The notes under the pieces were generated by a model. That model saw nothing but the letters and a program-made list of their open reading frames with translations, made no database searches and was not told the origin of the DNA. DNA of 64,000 nt from contig JAUZTB010000098.1 of assembly GCA_034780895.1 (NCBI GenBank), positions 84,592,980 to 84,656,979 on the forward strand. The letters run 5' to 3'. This DNA is from Rhynchobatus australiae. Taxonomy: Eukaryota. Made by a program: the position numbers and the translations under genes. Below are positions 10,968-23,790 of the stretch, piece after piece (positions within the stretch are counted from its first letter, which is position 1; the number at the start of each line of letters is the position of its first letter).

Positions 10968-11042
10968 GCTCTCCGTGTTGTTGGTCAAGGCAATGAAGAA
11001 ATCAACCAGGGCTTTGTCGTTTACTGTTTGGGAAAAACAAAG
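10968..11042 (+). other. Candidate alternative/cassette exon upstream of the AHRR bHLH exon (speculative)
   Basis: ttttgcAG acceptor (10966-10967), ctgat branch-like motif near 10946, 75 nt with open frame, ATG at 10993 with G at -3, donor AAG|GTAATT (11043). Its exit phase (2) matches the entry phase of the AHRR exon. No homology to known AHRR N-termini. Confidence 0.2.
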
Positions 11043-11154
11043 GTAATTTTTGTCTCAATCACCTATTGGAAAACTGATTGGATCGAGTGTTGGTTTTGCC
11101 TTTTTCTTTCAATTTTCTGGTGAAGTCAGTCTTTTNNNNNNNNNNNNNNNNNNN

Positions 11155-11312
11155 TCCACCCAACCCTGTTGGATTTGCTGCCTGGCAAGTTTGGTTATAA
11201 TTCTCCCCATTCCCTCCGAAACTGCAACAGTTCCTTCCCCCCCCATAGATGTTGCTCGAGTTCCTTCAGCAGTTTGTTTTTTTTCCGCCAGATTCCAGCA
11301 TCTGCAGTCTCT
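11155..11312 (+). mobile_element. Penelope terminal-repeat fragment
   Basis: catagatgttgctcgagttccttcagcagtttgtt...ccagattccagcatctgcagtctct. Confidence 0.55.
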
Positions 11313-11839
11313 TAGACCAAAGTTAAGAATGTGTAGTGGAGAGGATGGAGGCGTTTTTCCTATTAAATGTTATGTTTTAACTGTTAGGTTTCCCTGATTT
11401 GTAAAACTGACTTTTCCATCTGAATTAACTTATAAGACAGGCTCCTTCTGGGCTAAGTACTTACAAAATTGCAGTGTACTCATCCCTAATATGGTGACCA
11501 CAAACCCATCTGCTTTGATCTTGTAAGATGTCCATCTGTGTGTTATTTTCTCCTTGCCCATTACATGCATTGCTTTAAAAACAAACCATTCTTGGTGAAG
11601 AATATTGAGAACAAAAGGTCCAAATGCACAATACCATTCAAGTGAACACAGTGCCATACACTACTTGCATTTTTGAGAAATTTTAATTAAAGGCTGTATA
11701 ACCATTTAAGACAAAGAGCCAAAAATAAGGTGATTATAAACGCATGCATGCCAGTATTGCATTCTGTGACTTCTGTAGTTACATTTAATGGAACTAATTT
11801 AATAACCATAAGACAGGATGAATTCACCACATCATTACG

Positions 11840-12082
11840 TAGGATTTACAACACAAAAACAGGCCATTTGGCCCAAATGGTGTATGCCAGTGTTTTATGC
11901 TCCACATGATCCTTCTCCAGATACTTTACATCCAGTTATCACAATATCTTTCTGCTTCCCTCTTCCTCAAGTACCTTCCCTTTAAATGCATCTGTGCTAT
12001 TCACCTCAATCACTCTATGTGGCAACAAGTTCCACATTCTGACCATTCTTTGTGGAAAGAATTTTCTTCTTAATTCCTTATT
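11840..12082 (-). mobile_element. CR1-like 3' fragment
   Basis: acaacacaaaaacaggccatttggccca...gttccacattctgaccattctttgtggaaaga. Confidence 0.55.
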
Positions 12083-15000
12083 TTCTGTGTATAATGTTCA
12101 ACAATTGCAAACTCATCATCAATCATTTCTGTTTTTGCATACACCCCAGTATAGAAGATAAATCTGTGTCCATTTTGTACTTTAAGATCTCAACTCCTGG
12201 AGCCTTATGAAGGTTAGTATATTGACATTACTCAGACCAAATGAGAATGTTGTAACCAATTCCATGCTTCTGAATAGTCTGGACCCCAAATGAAGAAGAC
12301 TACTTTTTTTTTCTGGCAAATCTCTGATCCTGTCAGTTCTGGTTGGGTGAAGGCATAAACTTACGGGCAGTCAACCCTTGAATAATTACCAAAATCATCA
12401 CTTCTAGAAACTCATCCACCCAGATTCCTAGAAATTACAGGAAAATGTTATAATAGAAATTTTAAAAATCCCCCTGGAATGAAATCCTGACAATTCCAGA
12501 GTAAATCAACTATGCTGCAAAATTACCCATTCAAATTTTTGTTTAAACTTAAAAACAAGTTCTCTGGCTCTGGATATCACTGGCAGTAACATTATTTATT
12601 GCCCTTCCCTAGTTGTCGCGAGAAGGCCTTCTTGTTGAGTCACTGCAGCTCCTGTGTGAGGGTCCTCCTATAATAGTGCTCTCTATAGTTTTGTGACATC
12701 AGGACAGTGATAAATTAATAAGTTCAAATGTCCTTTCATGACTTTAAACACANNNNNNNNNNTCAGCGGTGCATAGTATTAAAGTTCTTTTTTAATCCCA
12801 TTAAAATCTGTACATTTTTTCAGGTACTTTTTGCAATAAGAGAAAGGTACTGTACCCCTTTAGTCTAAATTGAGGTGCTATAATTCCAGCAGAACACTGG
12901 TGAATTTTACTTTCCACAGTGGAATTTATTCTAATGTCTGAGGGAACTTGTACTTTACTGCTGAATTACAGATAGTGCCAAATTATGGTCAGTTCAGCTT
13001 TCTGCAGTTGCAGACAACAGAAAGTGAGAACATATTCTTCCCATTTTATATCAAGGTTTAGCAGTGGAGAGTCATTGGGGAACCCGTTATTGTACTTCAT
13101 ATTCTAGGAACAATGAATAGAGATTCTTGCCATACTTATGTCTGCCAATCTCAAACACATTAAATGTTTTCCTTGAATGCAAGTTATTTCTTTACAAGTT
13201 GCAGTCGTATATTCAAAATGTCTTGGTGCAGATTTGATGTCTTGGCCTAGATTTACCAATTTGCTTTTTTTAAAATCATTTATGAATTCCAAGTTATAGA
13301 GAAGTATCCAGTTTATAAAGATTTTTATCACCTAGTGTTGAATAACTTATGGAGAGTCTGTTGCCTTTGTCAAATAGTGTCAAAACTTGAAAGATAAAGT
13401 CAATGCATGGCTGAAATCTTCTACTTNNNNNNNNNNNNNNNNNNNNNNNNNNNNNNNNNNNNNNNNNNNNNNNNNNNNNNNNNNNNNNNNNNNNNNNNNN
13501 NNNNNNNNNNNNNNNNNNNNNNNNNNTTCTACTTCAAAACTCAACCTATGCTCGAAGGACAAATCTCCACTGCAGATTCAGCAGTGATTGTGGAACTTGT
13601 CCAGTTAGAGGAATGGATGGATACCTGATACTTTGGATCAATTCCTAATTTTAAATAAGATATTCCCACACCCCAAAGTAACTGATACAGAGATTCCACT
13701 GGCAGAACAATTTTCTTGGTTCCAGATAACATTCCTGTAGTTGAACTCAGTTGACTCACATGATGTCAGCCAATCTCACATCTTTAAGAGATTATGAAAC
13801 AAGTACCTTGTGATTGAATAGTTAAACATAATAAACAAAAGCAATTACTCTGTCATCTAATCTTGGTTCTGTATTTTCAAATATCAGTTTTAGTTGCCTT
13901 CCAAAATGTTTTATATAAAGGATCCTAAAATGTATATTAATACTTCTTGCCCTCCCCAACATTTATGTGGGTTAGACTTGTTTATAGGCCAAACTGGAGA
14001 GTGGATTACTTCCCCAAAGGACAATAATTAACCAATTAAGTTTTCATGGCTGTCTAGCAGCTTCCTTTCTTACATCAGGTGAGGGTCCTTCTCTGTAGTC
14101 CAGGTAAAATTTCTATGACTTTCTGTTAGGAATGTTATCTTACCTTTGAAATATGCTATTTTGGAACTTGTTTAGTATAATTGGGAAATCTGGAGAGTAA
14201 GCAAACTTTCCTGGGACATTTCTTGTTTGTACATGCTCAACAAAATCCTAACATTATAGTTAAAATATATCAGGACTAACTTTACTGTTGCAATACCAAA
14301 TCTCTATAACTAAAACAATTACCTAAAACAATAGCATTTAAAATGAAGCCCCTTCTATGTAGTCCATTTTGTCTCTTCCTTCTGAATCATTCCTTCCCAA
14401 TGTGCTTCCAAATTAAAACTTATGAGAGTTTTATCTTTCCTAGTAAGTGATCTAAGATTAATAGATTTATGTTAGATATGGGTATTGAGAGTAACTGAAC
14501 CAGGATGGGGAGATTAGGCCAAGAGACAGATTAGCTAGGATCTAACTGAATGGGGGTTCAGGATCAAGAAGTCGAGTGCACCTTCCCTGTTCCTTTCTCT
14601 TTATTTTATTAATCCTGCATTGTTGTTATTAAACCACTGACTTCAAAATACTCCATGTACTTTCCAACTCTTTCCACTGTCTCTTTTGATATGCAAAACT
14701 GAGACTTTTAACTGGTTAAAAAAAAACTTCTTAAAAAGTCACTGCATTAATGTGTAATCCATTAAAATATAGATATGTGTTTATTGTGTCCACACAGTGT
14801 TGTTCGGAATATGTCAATACTGAATAGCTTTAATATTTATTGCTGGCGTGTCTGGGGTTTGTGGTCTTTCTCAGCCTCATTCTTTTCACTGTCTTCCATC
14901 ATTCCTGGTCCTTTGCAATTTTCCTTTGTCCTTTCGCTAGCTTTAATTCTCTATTTATTCTTGTCCCCTTTTCTACTTTTTATCACTTTGTCAGATCTAA

Positions 15001-15929
15001 GTTGGTACTGCATGCTCAGTGGGACATGCAAGCTTAGAAAGAACTTCTATTTATAAATTGCCTTTCAGTCTTAAGAAGGGCTGAAGTGCTTTAGAGATAA
15101 TTAAGTAGTTTTCAAGTGTAGTCATTCTTGTACTGTAGGAAACATAGTAACCAATTTGTGCATATCAGCACTCCCAATNNNNNNNNNNNNNNNNNNNNNN
15201 NNNNNNNNNNNNNNNNNNNNNNNNNNNNNNNNNNNNNNNNNNNNNNNNNNNNNNNNNNNNNNNNNNNNNNNNNNNNNNNNNNNNNNNNNNNNNNNNNNNN
15301 NNNNNNNNNNNNNNNNNNNNNNNNNNNNNNNNNNNNNNNNNNNNNNNNNNNNNNNNNNNNNNNNNNNNNNNNNNNNNNNNNNNNNNNNNNNNNNNNNNNN
15401 NNNNNNNNNNNNNNNNNNNNNNNNNNNNNNNNNNNNNNNNNNNNNNNNNNNNGTTTACTGTCAATTTAAATTGAATACGAACAATGTCAGAAATATGGAA
15501 CTGTATATACAGCATGGTCCCACAAGCTGCAATGTGATAATAACCAGATAATTGCCCAGAAATTGAAGAGTGCCTATTTAGGCACATTGAACTGCCAGTA
15601 AATAATGGGCCAATGCACATTTTGTTAGAGGGCCAGCAGCTGCAAATGTCAGTGATACATAAGGCTCCATTACCTACTGAAGCAGGCTTGCACTGATGGT
15701 AGTTTCCTTTACATTCTTCATTTTCATGGGGTGCATGAAGGGATTGGGTAAATCAAGGTTGGGGTGGGGAGCACATGCGATTGGTTCTGGATGTCTGGCC
15801 AGAATCAGAAGTCAGGTGAATGGGATGGGGTTAGAAGAACAGATCATCCAATTGGTTTTGGGGATTGGGTATCTTCAGACCAGGATCTGAAGGAGATGTT
15901 GTTAGATTCTCTAAACAGGTCTCATGAAG

Positions 15930-16510
15930 TGATTGAAGTTTAGAAGTAGGAAAGCTTTATTAAATTGCACAAGGTGTTGGTGAGAGCACACCTGGTGTAC
16001 TGCGCACAGTTTTGGTCCTCTTACCTAAGAAAGGATTAGTAGCATTGGAGCCAGTCCAACGGAGTTTCACTGGACTATTTCCTGGGGTGAGAGGATTGTT
16101 CTACTAAGAGGGCTAAACAGGGTTGGTCTGTATTCCTTGAAGTTCTTTGCATCTTAATGAAAAATCTAAAAGCCTAAGGAGATATGATGGGGTAGATGCT
16201 GAGATGTTTTCACTAATGGGAGAATCTGGAATTGAGGGACCATTCACTTAAGACATATGTATGTAGAAATTTCTTCTCACAGATGGTAGTGAATCTCTGG
16301 AACTCTCTGCCTTAGAGAGTTCAGCAGGCTAAATCATTAGAAGTATTTAAAGTAAAGATGCAATAAAGTTTTGAAAGATTGGGGAATTCAGGGCTATGTG
16401 GATCTGGCACAGAGGAAGAGTTGATGCCCCAGGTGGATAAGCCATGATCATATTGAGTCATGAGACAGACTTGAGGGGCCATCTGGCCTACTCCTGCTTC
16501 TTTCTTGTGC
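15930..16510 (+). mobile_element. CR1-like LINE 3' fragment
   Basis: ttggtgagagcacacctggtgtactgcgcacagttttggtc (LVRxHLxYCxQFW motif)...agaaatttcttctcacagatggtagtgaatctctggaac...ggcctactcctgcttc. Confidence 0.75.
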
Positions 16511-18574
16511 TCTTGTGTGCAAGCTGTTCTTCCACATGGGTGGCCCACACAGCCCACATGTGTGGACAAAAATCCCAGGCATGTGACAAATACAATTGGA
16601 TATCACCCACATGTTCACTTTCTTCCATACTTTAGGGCAGCAGTTGCATGAGGATCCAAGAGCAACATCACACAGCAATTTACAGAAGGTCCTAACTTTC
16701 CAATGTGTTTCACAGATGGAATCAGAAGTGGGGTTGGGTCGGCAGGTTTTACGGTGGTTGGGCTGGGAGGGCCAGAAGGATGTTGTGCTGTCAGGGTGAG
16801 GGTCAGCTGCTAGGGCTTTGTGGTAGAGGGAAGTGTCAACAGGGGTGAAGTATTATTGATCAGTGGGTGGAGGGGCAGGGTTGGGTCACCGTGTCCATAT
16901 CAGAGAAGGTCGTGGCTGGATGGGGTGTGGGTGTCACTGTGTGGGGTGGGCTAGGCTGAGTAAGTACATTACTTAAAGAGGATTTTGCTGAGCTGAGTTT
17001 TCCGTGCTGGACACTACAGCCTGGGACCAACTCATTTCCAGCAGCTAAGGCTTCATCACCATTGTGAAGGCCTGCTTTAGCAAGTATCACCGACACATCC
17101 ACAGGCCACCTTCATGAAGGAAAATCCCAGAAACAGCACTTAACCTGCATTGCATGCCTTAAGATTCCACTACACATGTCTGATACATGGAGTCAAGAGG
17201 AAAATCACTGGTTTTGTGCAACTTGTAGTAAGTCCCCTATTTTTATTATTTTGTTTTGCATTAAAGCTGAATTGCATTGTGCACATAAATATGATACTAT
17301 GGTGTTGATTGAGGGACATATATTGCTAGGTATTGCTACAGCAGCCAGCACCTTAATACTGCACTGAGTGTCAGTGGGAATGTATGCTCATGTCTCTGGA
17401 GTTAGGCTCGAACACTGGACCTTTAGACTAACTGGTGAGTGCTATCACTGCACCATATCCAATACCTAGATGCAAGATGCATAGTTATTTCCCTTATCAT
17501 CCATATAATGGGCAGGCAAACTATTACAGTGTGTGTTGATTAGAAAGATGTCTAACGTCTTCTGGAAAAGGCTTGAAAATTTCCTTTGGTCTATGTGGGT
17601 TATGAAGCTAAGAGGCTCTCTCTAAATCTGATCACAGACACCATGAGGAAAAGAAGCTGTCCAGGGGTTTACAACTCTTCTGTGTTAAAGGAACTGCAAA
17701 GAGAATTTGTGTTTTTATGCTGAGTTAAGATGACCCACCAGAGTGAGCTATTGCTTGCTTGTTCTTTTCTTTTTGTAATAGTGCATGCACAAAAACTGTG
17801 ATATTCCCAACAATCTCATTTCCCTGTTTATGCCTTCATGATCTTCTTACAAACATGACTCAATAAAGAATGATCCTTGGCAGCACATTCAGGAGAGCTG
17901 GATGCTAGCCTCCAGTCTCCTGTGGACCAATCTTCAGAGTGGTCATGGACTTATGCAGCTGAATCTTAAATCAATATTGTAAAAGTGAGGACTCTTGAAA
18001 CGTATTTTCTAGATTGTAACATCCTTTGACAGGTCCTGCAGTTGTGAAAGATGCTATGTTAATGCATGGTCTTTATTTTCTTCCAAAGTTGGTTCCTCCA
18101 TGCCACTATGGTAAGCCAACTTCCTCTACCATCTATTTCCAGCTCAGCTATTTAACCTTATGCAAATTGACTGGTTCAGACCACATGGTGACTTGAGTAC
18201 ATTGTGGAGCACTTCTAATGTAGCAGCTGTGGAGAAGGTTAAAGGCCAGCATCTGTCTTGTGCTATTGAAGTCTCCCTTGTCTGTTAACATTTACCTTGC
18301 AAATTTGTTTTGCAAAATCCAGAAATGGAATCTGCAGATTATAGAGACTGCTTAAGTACCTTTTAGATACTATGCAATGTAGTGAAGTGCTTGGTCTCAG
18401 TGTTCATTCCCTGTAATCTGAGGAAGCAATATTTCTTGAGTGATCTCACTATCCTACTTCGGTGATACATATCAAGTTTGTTTATTGTGATGCAACAATT
18501 GAAATGGATTTTTATCTTCACTGTCTTGTTGAGGTTACTGAGACAGGGAGGAATGGAATTTTCTATGTTCCATC

Positions 18575-18730
18575 TGTAGAGACATTTAGACAGGCACTTG
18601 AACAGGCAAGGCACAGAAGGATACAGACCTAATGTGAGCACATGGGATTAGTGCAGATCGGTAAAAAGTTCAGCACGGATGTGGTGAGCTGAAGGTCCTT
18701 ACTCTGTGCTGTACAACTCTATGACTCTGA
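18575..18730 (+). mobile_element. CR1/HER1 3' end
   Basis: catttagacaggcac...gctgaaggtccttactctgtgctgtacaactctatgactct. Confidence 0.7.
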
Positions 18731-18867
18731 ACTCCGAGTTCAATCTTTGAACTGGACCTTGTAAATAATTGGGATTGTGTTGTGTAGGAGTACATTGTGC
18801 CCATTGAAGAGCAATGGAGATAAAATACCCAGCAGTAGAATGACTTCTTCAATTCTAGAATGTAGAT

Positions 18868-19115
18868 CTCAATGGCAATGTTAGCATTTATTGTCCATCC
18901 CTGAAGAGTACTGGTGAACCTGATGGGTTTTTATGACAAACCAATAGATTCATGGTTACCAGTACTGAAATAGTCTATTATTAAAATTCTATCTTTTTAT
19001 TTAATTACTTGAACTTAAATTCCAAACTCTCATGCTGAGATTTGAACTTGTGTCTCTGATCAATACTTCAGAACTATTGTTGCTAGCCCAATAAATTAAT
19101 CACTATTCTACTGTA
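18868..19115 (-). mobile_element. tRNA-derived SINE (family of 1978-2318)
   Basis: gcatttattgtccatccct...ggtgaacctgatgggtttttatgacaa...gagatttgaact (reverse B-box). Confidence 0.55.
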
Positions 19116-19522
19116 GCATCCAGGGTAAAACTAGGCATCCTGTTGTGCCAAAATTTTGTTCTGGCTTTGGCTCCATTACCACCCCACTGGTCAGAACCTG
19201 TCTCAGGATCAATATTGGACTTGTTCAAAACTAAAGTTTGTTAGAGAGGAATGCTGAGGAATTAGATGGCATTGGGCGTTGTTTCTTTTTGTCCATGACC
19301 CAGTTTCAGTAAAGGAACAGATGGCTTGCACAAAGTCTGTGGTAGTTATCTTGGGTTTCCCCTGAATTTTACACACTAAGACAGAGAAGAATCTGGACAT
19401 ATGCAGAGGCATCCAATGCATTGAACAGTTAGAATCCACTTGCTTAAATTTTAATTCTGTATGTCTAGGCAAACTCATGCAAGATTAAATGTTCACCATG
19501 TTTTGTGAAACTTCATATGAAT

Positions 19523-20400
19523 GATAGAACAAGAAGCAGGAGTAGATCATTCGGCCCTTTGGCAGTTATTCCACTACTCNNNNNNNNNNNNGGCAGATCT
19601 TTTACCCTCAATGCCTCTAACTCGTTGATTCCTTTAAATTCAAAAACTTCCCATCTCTTGTCTGAATATATTCTGCAACTGAGCCTCCACAGCCCTCTTG
19701 CTTAGACAATTCCAAAGATTTACTATCCTCTAGTGAGGAAATTTTGCAACATCCTGAATGGCTGGCCCCTTAATTTGAAAAGCTGTACCCTGCCTCTATA
19801 CACTCCACCCTGAGGTAATATCATCCCTACAGCTACAATGTCAAGTCCTGTAAGAATTTTATATGTTGAATTTAAATGATTCATGCATAAAGGTGCCCAG
19901 GTCTTTCTGAAAACCAACACTGTTCAATCTCTCACCATTTATAAAATATTCCACTATTCCATTTTTCTCTGCAGAAGTGGATGACCTTACATTTTTCTAC
20001 ATTACATTCTATTTGCTATGTCCTCATTTATTCATTGTAGAGAGCCCCCTTGAAGGCTCTCTACAACCTGTTCACAGCTCACAAAGCAATCCAGCTTTGT
20101 ATTGTCAGCATATCTCATCCAAACCATTGAAAGGCTTTGTGAATAGCCAGGGCCACAGCATGGATTTATGCAGCATCCTGCAAGTCACATCCTCCTCACC
20201 CCAAATCAGGCATTTATCCCTCCTGCTTTCTGCCTATTTACCAATTCTCAATCCGCACCCATATATTGCCATCCACATGCACTAATTTTGTTTAATAAAA
20301 TAGTAAGATTGAGAGCTTATGGGACCTTATCAAAGTCCTTCTTTAAATTCAAATACACCAGGTCCTTTAGTTCACCCTTGTCTGTTCTTTTGGGTACAAT
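19523..20400 (-). mobile_element. Decayed CR1-like LINE with internal deletions
   Basis: gaagcaggagtagatcattcggccc (3' end). ORF 19723-19920 contains YKILTGLD...FKLRGQPFR. gggaccttatcaaagtccttc is the reverse of the D-F-x-K-x-FDKVP motif. Confidence 0.7.
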
Positions 20401-21434
20401 CTCAATTCAGTTTGACCTTGCGTGGACCTTCCCCAACTGGTCCAGATAGTTGCCAATTATCGTTGCCAATAACCCCACTCAGTTGGATCACCATTAAGGT
20501 AGGTGTCGGTCTCCACTCACACCCACCCTCGACCAAACCTACACCCCTGCCCAACAGTCTGCTGACATAACACAATACCTATCCCAACCACCTACTCACT
20601 GCTCCCAAGGCCAGAGGTTTGCAACCATTAATGGGCAGCACTATCCCACCAAATATGGAAAGCCAACCTAACTGCATACCTACCAATCCTAGCTCCTGAC
20701 AACTGATCCTACTCCCCTTCCCTCCACAATATTTCCCCTTCCACAATCCATCCATCCTTGACACTCAGTTCTCATTTTTACCCAATAATTGGACTCTCCT
20801 TCCAATCCTCCAATCCTCAACTCTCTGTGTACTCCCCGCAACTATCTCTCTCTGCCACAGCCCAAACTGAACTTTGCAAGCGAAGGAAAGCCTTTGAGTG
20901 TAGAAAGCCTGTTCAGTAACATGCGATACCTTACACCTGAAGTGCTACTGCATTTCCCAGTAACAGGTTCTCAGTCAAAATGCCTATTACATCACTGTTA
21001 GTGACTCGATAATGCACCTCTACCGAGGCTGAATAATTTCTGAAAACAAGTGCAGAACTGGGGAGCAGCAAGGATTGAACAGGAAGTTTGTGATTGTTTG
21101 AAGGAAAAGAGCAATTAAATGACAAGGGATAAAGGTAAAAGGCTGAAAGGGGTTTAAGACTGAACACGTATAGAAGTAAATNNNNNNNNNNNNNNNNNNN
21201 NNNNNNNNNNNNNNNNNNNNNNNNNNNNNNNNNNNNNNNNNNNNNNNNNNNNNNNNNNNNNNNNNNNNNNNNNNNNNNNNNCGAGACCGTAGAGGAATAA
21301 CTGAAGGGTTCAGACACTAAACCACCAATACCCACAATCCCTCTCCCGTATTGTGTCCTATGATAATAAATGTCAACATTATTTTCTTTGCCAATCTCTT
21401 TTGCCCATATAATCACATATGACATTTTTTTAGG

Positions 21435-21905
21435 AATAAAAAAAATAAAATACTGGGAACATGCAGCAGGCTGGGCAACACTTGTGAGATAAGAAACCAA
21501 GTTAATGGGGACAGTCCATGGGTTAATGTGGACTCCTCCACAGTGGAGAAACCAAACGCAGATTGAGTTATTAATGCAACTGAATGGTTATATTCAGTCC
21601 ACAGAGGCAGCTCCGAGTTCCCCATTGCTCCCACTTTAATTCTGCATCCCACTCTCACTCTGACCTATCTGTCTGTGGCCCCTTGTGTTGTTATATTGAT
21701 GCCCAACATAGGCTTGAGGAACAAGCACTACGTCTTCCACCCAGGCATGTTGCGGTCTTCCACACTTTCTATCCCAGTTTTAACAAAGGGTCTTTGACCT
21801 GAAACATTCGTTCTATTTCTCTTTCCAAGAATGCTGCCTGGCCTGCTGGGAGCTTCCAGCATTTTCTGTTTTTATTTCAGATTTCTAGCATCTGCAAATC
21901 TTTTG
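21435..21905 (+). mobile_element. Internally deleted Penelope-like element: GIY-YIG endonuclease remnant between inverted termini
   Basis: 21527-21565 translates CGLLHSGETKRRL (YIGETKRRL-like). ORF 21584-21802 contains HFNSASHSHSDLSVCGPLCCYIDAQHRLEEQ. Ends tgctgcctggcctgctgggagcttccagcattttctgtttttatttcagatt, which is inverted relative to 21435-21505. Confidence 0.75.
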
Positions 21906-22267
21906 AAAATTTTCAGCCTTGCTCCCTGATCTACATTAATTGATATCTGCTCCCTGTTTAAAGCTCCATCTAGTTTGAACTCATTTGCAAACTTGGGAGA
22001 ATTTTATCTCCATCCCCTCATGTGAGCTAAATGGATGCCACCGTCATTTACTTTAACATCTGTACAGATAGCGAGCTGGCCCAAGATCAGGATTCCCCAA
22101 GCCAAGAGTTTGTACAATCCATGGACCTCATGGGGAGACTGGTATTGCAGTTGTGGCTGCTGTACCCAATGACCTCAGGAACACCAAATACCAAAGACAA
22201 CAGTAGCCAAACTGCCTGGTTTGTTTGCAAGAACCAAAATCACCAGTGCCAGAGAGGGGAATAGTCG

Positions 22268-22782
22268 CAGAATGATAGAATCGTACACTATAGAAGCAGG
22301 CCCTTCAGCTCACCGTGTCTATGTCAATCATCATCATCTATACTACTCCCGTTTTCATGCATTGATTCCATACCTCTCTCTGCTTTTGCTCATTCAAGGA
22401 CCTGTCCCAATGCCTCTTAAATGTTGTTACTGTTCCTGCCTCCACCACCTCCTCTGGCAGCTCATTCCAGATATCAACTACTCTTTGTGTGAAAAATTTA
22501 CCCCTCAGTTCTCCTTTAAACCTCCTCCCTCTCACCTCAAGCCTATGCCCTCTAGTTTTTGACATCCCTACCATGGGAGACCCTGACTATCTATCTTATC
22601 TACTATGCCTCTCATAATTTTATACATTACTATCATTTCACATCTCTTTTGCTCCAGGGCAAACAGACCCAGCCTATCCAAACTCTGATAACTCCAGCTC
22701 TCCAATCCAGGAAACGTCCTTGTGAATTTTTTCTGTGACCTCTCTAACTTAATCACATCTTTCCTGCAGCGTGTTTTTTCCA
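22268..22782 (-). mobile_element. CR1/HER1 LINE 3' fragment
   Basis: ORFs 22568-22783 (RKDVIKLERSQKKFTR..PGLE) and 22338-22574 (TRGHRLEVRGRRFKGELRGKFFTQRVVDIWNELPEEVVEAG). Confidence 0.85.
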
Positions 22783-23747
22783 AGACTATAATTTCTGTCT
22801 TTCTATAGTAAATGCACAGCAGACATTCACCTGAAAAGGCAATTTTATGGGCTTGGCCTAATACTACTGAGCTCTCCGCCCATAAACCTACAAGTATCAG
22901 TATCAGGTACAGTCACTGCAGACATAAATACATTTGGAGTTTAAAGTGACTCTGGTACAATTACAGCTCAGCAGGATACAGCCTTTACCACACAATGCAG
23001 GAAAGATCAGGAGAAGGAGTTTGGCAAGAAGGAATTCCCATTTCAAATGATGCTTAGCAGAAGTAGATTTGCAACAAATGCCTTTTGTTTTAACCAACAT
23101 TTCCTTCCCAGCACCTTGACACTCTACCTGACTTTCTTTTCTAACTAAGTTATTAGCACCCTAAAAAAAAATCACCATACAAGCATTTGAGCTTCCAGTA
23201 CTGCAAAAGTTTCTAAAGCTGCATATCAACATATACCAGAGCTGAAAAACAGAGGGGAAAATCACTGAGAACAATACAAATTCTATCATTGCACTGCAGA
23301 TCTTAATCTTGGGATATGTTAAATATGATAAATGTGTCCAATTTGTTTTGTGTCTGTGCAAAAAATGATGTATTTGAAAGTAATTTGCAGGAAGGAGGAG
23401 GTAAAGAAGAAAGGAAACTATTTCTATAGTGGCTTCCTCTATCACAGGATGTCCCAATACAATTTTCAGCCAATTAAGTACTGCTGATAATGTGCAAGTG
23501 TAATCACTGTTAAAATGTATTAGTTCTTTTAAATACTTCCAGAGGTTTGGAAACTATTGTCTTCAGATGTTTCTGGTTCTAGTTTGGGGCTGAAGATTAT
23601 GGAATTTCCTTTACTGACCAAATGTACCTCCCAATTGCAATTTACAGGGTGGATCAGAAATAGATTAGCTGGAACTACAAATCATTTCAAATCAGCCTCT
23701 TCCTGGAAAACTTCAATGATAAATGCAAACAAATTAGAGAGTTAATA

Positions 23748-23790
23748 CAGATAATGTATTAGTGCAGATAACGTATTAGTGCAGATAATG
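23748..23790. repeat. 17-bp tandem duplication (~2.5 copies)
   Basis: cagataatgtattagtg / cagataacgtattagtg / cagataatg. Confidence 0.9.

Noticed and set aside
15128-15620. Long ORFs spanning N runs (also at 7017, 20931, 31750, 34293-34866, 47969, 51575 and others)
   Set aside because: Their length is an artefact of translating assembly gaps as X.
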